From IMG/VR virus record IMGVR_UViG_3300019742_000001: a stretch of 64,000 nt of DNA. One strand, written 5' to 3'. This stretch comes from a virus (lineage: Duplodnaviria; Caudoviricetes). The position numbers and the translations under genes are program-made. Of the stretch, positions 7,664 through 13,743 are shown in pieces. A model generated the notes under the pieces. That model saw nothing but the letters and a program-made list of their open reading frames with translations, had not been told where the DNA came from and did not search any database. The first letter of the stretch is position 1. Every line of letters starts with the position of its first letter.

Positions 7664-7768
7664 TGTAATATCACTTTAACGAATGCTTCACCATATTTGC
7701 CCCACCGACAGTCAAGCCGAGGAGGGAATCGAACCCTCTTTCTTTCGTCTTGCAAAAGTGATATTACA
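7664..7768 (-). ncRNA. YrlA-like Y RNA (permuted tRNA mimic)
   Basis: 14-bp terminal helix; GACGAAAG fits GNCGAAN(0-1)G; order is T arm, closed acceptor-like stem, then D-like loop. Confidence 0.7.
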
Positions 7769-7774
7769 TAAATT

Positions 7775-7851
7775 TGGTCAGGAGTATCGGGTACGATCCG
7801 ATATACACAGAGTCACAATCTATGCGATTAACCATTTATCTTAACTCCTGA
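7775..7851 (-). tRNA. trnH: tRNA-His(GTG), U-1:A73 type
   Basis: ATAGA-ttGTGac-TCTGT; T loop ATCGTAC; CCA. Confidence 0.85.
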
Positions 7852-7859
7852 TGATTTGT

Positions 7860-7948
7860 AATACTCAGTGAGGGAATTGAACCCTCATCTCTCCGTCGAG
7901 GTAGTGATCTAATCCGTCTAGGGATATCCGTTTGATCTAACTGAGTAT
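7860..7948 (-). ncRNA. tRNA-like RNA with expanded D loop
   Basis: ACTCAGT/ACTGAGT acceptor, T arm TGAGGG-TTCAATT-CCCTCA, no clear anticodon, no CCA. Confidence 0.5.
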
Positions 7949-7955
7949 AATTTTT

Positions 7956-8029
7956 TGGTACTCCTAGATGGAATCGAACCACCGTTGTCTGGATGTAAGC
8001 CAGTCGTACTACCATTGTACTATAGGAGT
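7956..8029 (-). tRNA. trnV: tRNA-Val(TAC)
   Basis: CTGG-ctTACat-CCAG, CCA. Confidence 0.92.
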
Positions 8030-8204
8030 ATGTTGTAACGTCGCCAATTTACCGTCTGGAAGTCTCTGAGTGGTTTATACTATACTATAGACATCTACCG
8101 AGGAATATAGTATTCGTGTGTTCCACATTACCTACCGCTAAATAGGTTTTCCTTCTCTACAGATTCATTATCCGATTGACACGAATAAATCAGCTATTAT
8201 CTTA

Positions 8205-8282
8205 TGGTAGCCCGTGAGGGTGTTGAACCCTCCCTTTACACCGTTTGAAGATGCTCCCTCTGCCAACGTGGGGTAACGAGCC
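8205..8282 (-). tRNA. trnL: tRNA-Leu(CAA), short variable arm
   Basis: GCATC-ttCAAac-GGTGT, CCA. Confidence 0.8.
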
Positions 8283-8344
8283 ATAACTTTCTGTCTCAAT
8301 GTTTTTACATAGTAACCTATCATATAAACATTGTCAACTAATTA

Positions 8345-8409
8345 CTTACTGAGGTTGGAGTCAAACCAACATTTGTCTAAAAGGTCTTGCTCAATCGCAT
8401 CCTACAGTA
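8345..8409 (-). pseudogene. degenerate tRNA-like element
   Basis: GTTGG-TTTGACT-CCAAC T arm, TACTG/CAGTA ends. Confidence 0.3.
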
Positions 8410-8412
8410 AAA

Positions 8413-8552
8413 AGGAGGGTAGGATGAGTATCGACCTCATCTTCCTTGGTCCCCACTCTCAACGGTACCGTCTCCAAGTGGTTTCTTTTGTTTACACGGT
8501 TCACATCTAAGGTTTCTGTGGTACCACTTTCACCGTTGATGTCCGACTACCC
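8413..8552 (-). ncRNA. ~140-nt tRNA-like ncRNA
   Basis: GGGTAG/CTACCC terminal stem, GATGAG-GTCGATA-CTCATC T-like arm, internal TCAACGGT/ACCGTTGA helix. Confidence 0.55.
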
Positions 8553-8560
8553 ATAATATT

Positions 8561-8636
8561 TGGTGGAAGAAAAGGGAATCGAACCCTAAAGACCCTCTGT
8601 ATGCAAAACAGAGTCGCAACCCCAATGCCTTCTCCC
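8561..8636 (-). tRNA. trnA: tRNA-Ala(TGC)
   Basis: ttTGCat loop, G3:U70, CCA. Confidence 0.92.
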
Positions 8637-8673
8637 ATGATTTTTCATACATAATCGATTTAATTCCGATTAT

Positions 8674-9231
8674 CTATGTAATTTTTAACTTCTTTCGTAT
8701 CATAGTCTCAGATACACCAATTATCTCAGCAATTCTTGAGTTAGTCAAAGTTTTTTTCATTTCAACTAAGTCAAACTTTGACCAATCAACTTTACCTCTA
8801 AGTGATCCAGCACATTTCTTTGAACATGTTGTATATGTTTTTGGTTTTTCTTTACCACAAACAGGACAATACGTTACTTCTGTTTGTATGTAAATCACAA
8901 AATCTTCATCAAAAGTATTATGTGTCTCTGGTAATTCTGTTATACCACTATGAACTTCTTTGTGACAATTTGAACATAAAAGAATACATTTCCTTAGTTC
9001 TTTAACTATATTGTCCCACGATTTTGGATTAGCCATTACATTACCAAATGACAATTCCTTTTCTTCTGGATCAATGTGATGTAATTCTAATGCGTTGTTA
9101 CACTTATCATAACTACATATTTGACAACAACCACCCATTGATTCAACTATTCGTGATTTTGTAGAACTTCTCCACTTTTTTACTGCGTCTGATTGTTTAC
9201 TCACAACAAACCTCCAATTTGATATTAACAA
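8674..9231 (-). CDS. HNH homing endonuclease
   Basis: CQIC..C...LELHHIDP..K...KCILLCSNCHKEVH; TATAAATA late promoter at 9245-9252. Confidence 0.85.
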   Translation of the reverse strand: MLISNWRFVVSKQSDAVKKWRSSTKSRIVESMGGCCQICSYDKCNNALELHHIDPEEKELSFGNVMANPKSWDNIVKELRKCILLCSNCHKEVHSGITELPETHNTFDEDFVIYIQTEVTYCPVCGKEKPKTYTTCSKKCAGSLRGKVDWSKFDLVEMKKTLTNSRIAEIIGVSETMIRKKLKIT

Positions 9232-9268
9232 TACCTGTTAATAGTATTTATAAAAGTTTGTATTAATT

Positions 9269-9343
9269 TGGCTCCGAAGGTAGGGATCGAACCTACGACC
9301 TTGAAGTTAACAGCTTCCTGCTCTACCGCTGAGCTACTTCGGA
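9269..9343 (-). tRNA. trnN: tRNA-Asn(GTT)
   Basis: ctGTTaa loop, canonical cloverleaf, CCA. Confidence 0.95.
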
Positions 9344-9351
9344 ATAAATAA

Positions 9352-9425
9352 TGGTGCCTCTTGGTGGAATCGAACCACCATCAAACGATTATCAGCCGTC
9401 TGCGCTACCGTTGTGCTAAAGAGGC
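9352..9425 (-). tRNA. trnI: tRNA-Ile(GAT)
   Basis: GACGG-ctGATaa-TCGTT, CCA. Confidence 0.93.
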
Positions 9426-9504
9426 ATATAACTAAAAAATGGTTGGTCCGACGAAGACCATAAAGAACCAGAGGAGTCACCTCAACCTGTTCAACCATTA
9501 AACT

Positions 9505-9583
9505 TGGAGCGGATATGGTGAATCGAACACCTTGCGATGGGTTGGAAACCCACTGTCACACCATGTAACTGAGCGATACCCGC
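9505..9583 (-). tRNA. trnG: tRNA-Gly(TCC)
   Basis: GTGGG-ttTCCaa-CCCAT, GCGGGTA acceptor, U73, CCA. Confidence 0.85.
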
Positions 9584-9596
9584 ATTTCTTACTAAA

Positions 9597-9674
9597 TGGT
9601 AGCCCGTGAGGGTGTTGAACCCTCCCTTTACAGTTTCTAAAACTGCTCCCTCTGCCAACGTGGGGTAACGAGCC
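9597..9674 (-). tRNA. trnL: tRNA-Leu(TAG), short variable arm
   Basis: GCAGT-ttTAGaa-ACTGT; body identical to the Leu(CAA) gene. Confidence 0.82.
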
Positions 9675-9705
9675 ATAAAATTAAACTTGATCTGACTACC
9701 CCAGA

Positions 9706-9847
9706 TTGTAACCCCAGAACTTGTGATCCTTGGTTATCAAGTTTTATGATTGTACAAGGAATGACTAATTTCCTCTGGACGTTTCCAATATATTCGGTTC
9801 GAACCAAGTATATCGTATAGACGTGTCTTAAATCGCCTTAGATAGTC
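9706..9847 (-). ncRNA. putative structured ncRNA between tRNAs
   Basis: GACTATCT...GGGGTAGTC terminal pairing, several internal hairpins. Confidence 0.35.
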
Positions 9848-9867
9848 ATACAATCATTTCGTAAATT

Positions 9868-9943
9868 TGGTGGAACCACAAGGTAACGATCCTTGACCTT
9901 CTGGACTTCAATCAGACGTGCAGACCATCTACACCATAGTTCC
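9868..9943 (-). tRNA. trnF: tRNA-Phe(GAA)
   Basis: ttGAAgt loop, T loop ATCGTTA, CCA. Confidence 0.85.
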
Positions 9944-9949
9944 GTAATT

Positions 9950-9986
9950 TGGCAGGGATAGTAGGGATCGAACCCACATCCAAACC
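9950..9986 (-). pseudogene. 3' half remnant of a tRNA-Trp-type gene
   Basis: T arm GTGGG-TTCGATC-CCTAC plus TATCCCT-G-CCA only; abuts the HNH stop codon. Confidence 0.7.
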
Positions 9987-10396
9987 TATTTATTTTTTTC
10001 CATGTAGTGTATTTCTGAGTGACAATTCTTACACAAAACAACACACTTGTCAATTTCAATTATTATCTTTTCCTTGTTCATACCATCCGCCACCATTTTA
10101 CTAACACCCTTTACCTTTTTAGTAGGATCTAAATGATGAAAGTCTAAACAATAGTATCTATCTTCCCCACAATTAGAACATTTCAGGGTTTTCTTGTAAT
10201 CAGCAAACCATAAAGATAACTTTTTTTGTGATCTCCTACTACTTTCAACATACTTCTCTTTATTATCTTCGTAGTGTTTCTTAGTTGATATTGCTTGACA
10301 TACCTTACAATAATACTGATACCCATCATTCTTCGACTTATTCTTGTTGAACTCAGACAAAGATTTTTCTTGTTTACACCTACTACACACCTTCAT
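9986..10396 (-). CDS. HNH homing endonuclease with N-terminal Zn ribbon
   Basis: CSRCKQEK..CKVC; CSNCGEDRYYCLDFHHLDP...KCVVLCKNCHSEIH; TATAAATA at 10415-10422. Confidence 0.85.
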   Translation of the reverse strand: MKVCSRCKQEKSLSEFNKNKSKNDGYQYYCKVCQAISTKKHYEDNKEKYVESSRRSQKKLSLWFADYKKTLKCSNCGEDRYYCLDFHHLDPTKKVKGVSKMVADGMNKEKIIIEIDKCVVLCKNCHSEIHYMEKNK

Positions 10397-10459
10397 AATA
10401 ATCTCCTATGAAAGTATTTATAAAAGTTTCCAAACTATCAACTGTTGTTTGGAGTTAAT

Positions 10460-10533
10460 TGGCAGGGATACAACGAATCGAACGCTGATTAGAGGTGTTG
10501 GAAGCCCCTGTATTACCATTATACGATATCCCT
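10460..10533 (-). tRNA. trnW: tRNA-Trp(CCA)
   Basis: A1:U72, G73, GGGGC-ttCCAac-ACCTC register, CCA. Confidence 0.8.
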
Positions 10534-10702
10534 ATAAAAAATCTGTTATTGCATATTATATTAGCTCTTTCCTTTCACATTGCAGGTGAATTAAGTGATA
10601 AGTGTACTCCACACTAATAAAGGTTTATGCTATACATCTATAACAGAAATTACTGATCTCTCTGGTGGGATTTAAACCCACATTAGTTTCAGAGAGATAA
10701 TT

Positions 10703-10778
10703 TGGTAGTGCTGGGGGGAATTGAACCCACCGTGATCAGATTGAAAATCTGAGATCCTAACCATTAGATGACAGCACC
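10703..10778 (-). tRNA. trnE: tRNA-Glu(TTC)
   Basis: TCAGA-ttTTCaa-TCTGA, CCA. Confidence 0.9.
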
Positions 10779-10898
10779 ATATTCTTTGTAAATTAAATTT
10801 TAAACGGTTACTTTACCGAGAGGATATTCCAATGTAAAGTCTTCCCATATCAACTTTACGAGGAAGGGGGGAACTCAAGATGTTTCACCGTTCAAACT

Positions 10899-10974
10899 TG
10901 GCGCCTCATACGGTATTCGAAACCGCAACAACTTGATCGACAATCAAGCTCCATTCCCAGATGGACCATAAGGC
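10899..10974 (-). tRNA. trnD: tRNA-Asp(GTC)
   Basis: CTTGA-ttGTCga-TCAAG, G73, CCA. Confidence 0.88.
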
Positions 10975-11309
10975 ATTTTCTTTAATTTAGTGGAACAAGG
11001 AGTGTATGCCCTGATTTACTATCCACGTCCTGTGTGGATATCCACTAAAAGGTTTGGTAACCGCACCGTATCCCTTAGACTTGTCGAGGTAGTCGCCGTG
11101 ATTGGTTACCCGTAAATTCTGGTTAATCGGGATTCCATTTCCATCAGCGACCAAGCCAATTTACTACGGTATCCTTTTCACCACGGTCACATAACAATCA
11201 ACTGGTTAGGAATATGCCTCTGTGACCTAAACTTGTCACGGTTTTCGCCTCTCAGGACGGGTCTACATCAAATTAATGATCACCGTGAACCCTCTTTCTT
11301 TCGTATTAA

Positions 11310-11383
11310 TGGTCGGAAAGGTTGGAATCGAACCAACGTTACCTTCGTCCAAGGAAGGGTGAGTACCATTCTCTTACTCTCCG
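11310..11383 (-). tRNA. trnP: tRNA-Pro(TGG)
   Basis: CCTTC-ctTGGac-GAAGG, C1:G72, CCA. Confidence 0.9.
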
Positions 11384-11440
11384 TAATTCTTAAAACATCT
11401 TATCAGGAGTGTTCTCAACTGTCAAGATGTTTATAAATTT

Positions 11441-11523
11441 TGGTGGGAGGCGGAAGATTCGAACTTCTCCCCGAAGGAATGGTTTTACAGACCACTTGCT
11501 AGAGCCACTAGCTTTCACCTCCC
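11441..11523 (-). tRNA. trnY: tRNA-Tyr(GTA)
   Basis: GTGGT-ctGTAaa-ACCAT, long variable arm, CCA. Confidence 0.92.
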
Positions 11524-11597
11524 ATATTTTTTACTTTTTCAAAAAACATTCAATTGTCAAAGATCAGTGTTTCCGTTGTTTCGTTTAACGTGAGATC

Positions 11598-11626
11598 ATC
11601 TTACCAAATCTCTTTCCTATCGTCAA
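11598..11626 (-). promoter_or_regulatory. sigma70-type promoter TTGACG-17-TAAGAT followed by boxA-like GATCTTTGACAA (11554-11565)
   Basis: Direct reading. Confidence 0.75.
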
Positions 11627-11829
11627 CCACTTTCTTTTAGTTTCAATAATTCTTCTTCAACCAATTTGGGATTTACTAGACCACGTGTTTTCTGCATCAC
11701 ACCCTTAAAAACTGTGTTATAAGGAACTTCATTCATTCCAGTTGTGTCTTCATCAAATATTTCATTGATTGCTTTGTATATCTCAAACATATAGGTAATT
11801 CTACTTCCTGTCAACTGTTTTCTTATCAT
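11623..11829 (-). CDS. small protein with GatB/YqeY tail-like C-terminus
   Basis: FKGVMQKTRGLVNPKLVEEELLK resembles the GatB C-terminal G.VMK.T.G.ANP..V. Confidence 0.5.
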   Translation of the reverse strand: MIRKQLTGSRITYMFEIYKAINEIFDEDTTGMNEVPYNTVFKGVMQKTRGLVNPKLVEEELLKLKESG

Positions 11830-11842
11830 ACAAATCCTTTAA

Positions 11843-11914
11843 TGGAGGGTATGGAGGGAATTGAACCCTCGTTCATCGTTTTGCAGACGATACACCGAAC
11901 CATCGAACATACCC
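11843..11914 (-). tRNA. trnC: tRNA-Cys(GCA)
   Basis: ATCGT-ctGCAaa-ACGAT, U73, CCA. Confidence 0.9.
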
Positions 11915-11915
11915 A

Positions 11916-12152
11916 TTAAATTTGAAATAAACTATTGTCTAATATTTCTTGTGTTTCTGGTAATTCTTTTCCTACTGAACCAGTATATCGGTCTTTTAAT
12001 ACCTGACCCGTTGTTATATTCTTAATATAAACAGCATCATACATTTTTCTAACTGGAATCGTTCTACTTGGGTTTGTATCAATGGTCTGATGAATATACT
12101 CAATCTTACCATCACCATAAATATACTTGTATACAAAAAATGAATTTTTCAT
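11916..12152 (-). CDS. hypothetical protein, C-terminal LFxI tag
   Basis: ORF ends DNSLFQI. Confidence 0.6.
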   Translation of the reverse strand: MKNSFFVYKYIYGDGKIEYIHQTIDTNPSRTIPVRKMYDAVYIKNITTGQVLKDRYTGSVGKELPETQEILDNSLFQI

Positions 12153-12433
12153 ATCTCAAATAAACCATCATCTTCTTTGAAGTGGTCATCAGTATACCCT
12201 GTAACTATAAATCCTGTCTCTAACAATCTTTCTATTGTCGGAACATCTAATCTATCAATTTGTATTGGATTTCCAGTATCCATCATTTCACTAATATAAT
12301 CAAGTGACGATCTTAAACCAAAACCTGTACTATTACGAAATGCTTTGATCAAATGAATCTTACCATTACCATTACCAGTTCTGGCTCTGGCTTTAAGTTG
12401 TTTACCAATATGCACATAATATGATTTTTTCAT
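12149..12433 (-). CDS. protein with ribosomal L7/L12 CTD-like motif, C-terminal LFxI tag
   Basis: KIHLIKAFRNSTGFGLRSSLDYI vs the L12 KIxVIKxVRxxTGLGLKEAKDLV pattern. Confidence 0.55.
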   Translation of the reverse strand: MKKSYYVHIGKQLKARARTGNGNGKIHLIKAFRNSTGFGLRSSLDYISEMMDTGNPIQIDRLDVPTIERLLETGFIVTGYTDDHFKEDDGLFEI

Positions 12434-12449
12434 AATGTTACCTTTAAAT

Positions 12450-12523
12450 TGGCGGGGGATGAAGGTATCGATCCTTCGACGCTAGATTCAAAATCTAGTA
12501 TGATTCCATTTCACCAATCCCCT
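12450..12523 (-). tRNA. trnQ: tRNA-Gln(TTG)
   Basis: CTAGA-ttTTGaa-TCTAG, G73, T loop ATCGATA, CCA. Confidence 0.88.
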
Positions 12524-12526
12524 ATA

Positions 12527-12835
12527 TTATGGGAAAAACTTATCCCAATCTGTTTTGTTTAAATACATCGTTCTTGATTTCAAGATCATATCAAGTGAAG
12601 GATAGGTTGTCAATATTTCTTTTACATTATCTTCACCTACAACAGCACTGAATCCTGTTGGGTACAATTCATCAATTATTTGAGGGTTTCCATTAGGTTC
12701 TGTTACAACTTCCACAACAAGAATCCCTTTGTCCCACCATCCTTGACAAGTATCACAAGGTTCATAGTCAAAAAATTCTGGTTTGTCATCCACAATATCA
12801 TCTTTTGACTTTCTACACCAAAAACATATTTTCAT
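12527..12835 (-). CDS. Cys-rich hypothetical protein (start reassigned to MKICFWC)
   Basis: CFWC...PCDTC; RBS GGAG; the longer ORF overlaps tRNA-Arg. Confidence 0.65.
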   Translation of the reverse strand: MKICFWCRKSKDDIVDDKPEFFDYEPCDTCQGWWDKGILVVEVVTEPNGNPQIIDELYPTGFSAVVGEDNVKEILTTYPSLDMILKSRTMYLNKTDWDKFFP

Positions 12836-12857
12836 ATTAAATCTCCGTATTATATAT

Positions 12858-12930
12858 TGGCACCCTATGGAGGAGTCGAACCTCCGTAAGCTGGTTTCGT
12901 AAACCGACCACCGTTTCCCACGGATAGGGT
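12858..12930 (-). tRNA. trnR: tRNA-Arg(ACG)
   Basis: ttACGaa loop, T arm GGAGG-TTCGACT-CCTCC, CCA; atypical D arm. Confidence 0.75.
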
Positions 12931-12939
12931 ACATACAAT

Positions 12940-12968
12940 ACTTTATCATTTGTTTTTCATTTAGTCAA
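12940..12968 (-). promoter_or_regulatory. sigma70-type promoter TTGACT-17-TAAAGT
   Basis: Direct reading. Confidence 0.65.
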
Positions 12969-12987
12969 TATTCAATTTTCAAAGAAC

Positions 12988-13025
12988 AAAAAAGGGTCAC
13001 ATTCTTATATAGAGTGTGACCCTTT
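12988..13025 (-). terminator. intrinsic terminator with upstream antiterminator arm (13053-13065)
   Basis: AAAGGGTCACACTCT/AGAATGTGACCCTTT stem plus U tract. Confidence 0.8.
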
Positions 13026-13056
13026 CGGATAGGTTATGTAAAACTTTCTTACAAGG

Positions 13057-13188
13057 TCACATTCTGTCTCTCACTCTGCCCACACTATAATCAAACCACT
13101 GATTACAAATCGGACGTAACGCTATCATTTCGAAATTCTCTGATTTCGAATGAGTCATCGTTAGATTTGTTGTGAGTTGTGTAGTCAT
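13057..13188 (-). CDS. 43-aa leader peptide (absent from ORF track)
   Basis: MTTQLTTNLTMTHSKSENFEMIALRPICNQWFDYSVGRVRDRM; RBS AAGGA; promoter TTGACA-17-TATAGT at 13220-13248; stop codon lies inside the antiterminator arm. Confidence 0.7.
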   Translation of the reverse strand: MTTQLTTNLTMTHSKSENFEMIALRPICNQWFDYSVGRVRDRM

Positions 13189-13269
13189 TTTTGTGATTCC
13201 TTGTTTAATTTTTTCTTCTACTATAAGTTATTTATGCTTTTTTGTCAACTTTTTTGAAACTTTTTTTCA

Positions 13270-13743
13270 TTATTTAAATTTATCTCGTAACTTATTGTTT
13301 TTATTAATCTTTTCTGTTGCACATTCTTCTTCAATTTCAACATCATCATCAGATTCAGTGAAGATTGATGTAATCTTTAATTTAATTTTTTCTGTCACTG
13401 GTTCTTCTTTTATTTCCTCTTCTACTGGAGCAACTTCAATGTTCACAGACTGTTTAACTCTAACCTGTTCATTCCAAGGTTGCATAAAGAACCCTCTGTC
13501 ACCCTCAGTGATAGCCGATACTTCCAATTTAGCATTATATACACCGTCTTCAAGTCCTTCTATGACAGTTTCTAAAGGTGGAATAGCGAATTGTACATTA
13601 TCCCCACCAGTTTTAGCTTTAAATCCGTAATCAATACCATTAACTTCAACAACAAACTTAAAACGTAACATTTCTTGTTGTATACCCTCTACCAATACTG
13701 GCATAGATAATGATTTTGTCTTCCTCATTTCAAACGTTAACAT
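13270..13743 (-). CDS. hypothetical protein, late/structural module
   Basis: Coupled ORF at the end of a late operon. Confidence 0.7.
   Translation of the reverse strand: MLTFEMRKTKSLSMPVLVEGIQQEMLRFKFVVEVNGIDYGFKAKTGGDNVQFAIPPLETVIEGLEDGVYNAKLEVSAITEGDRGFFMQPWNEQVRVKQSVNIEVAPVEEEIKEEPVTEKIKLKITSIFTESDDDVEIEEECATEKINKNNKLRDKFK

Noticed and set aside
8413-8552. tmRNA
   Set aside because: Too short, no G3:U70 or tag ORF, no canonical T loop.
9950-10460. Group I intron splitting a tRNA-Trp
   Set aside because: No matching 5' exon and no room for a catalytic core; the upstream Trp gene is complete.
10460-10533. tRNA-Gly(TCC) reading of this gene
   Set aside because: A1:U72, G73 and D-arm spacing favour the CCA (Trp) register.
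4691-11436. ORFs 4691-4876, 5839-6033, 6916-7236, 9491-9676, 9838-10059, 11233-11436
   Set aside because: They overlap well-formed tRNA genes.
2850-12930. tRNA-associated theta/HDV-like ribozymes
   Set aside because: The tRNAs encode CCA followed by AT-rich trailers with no visible nested pseudoknot; a motif scan would be needed to exclude them fully.
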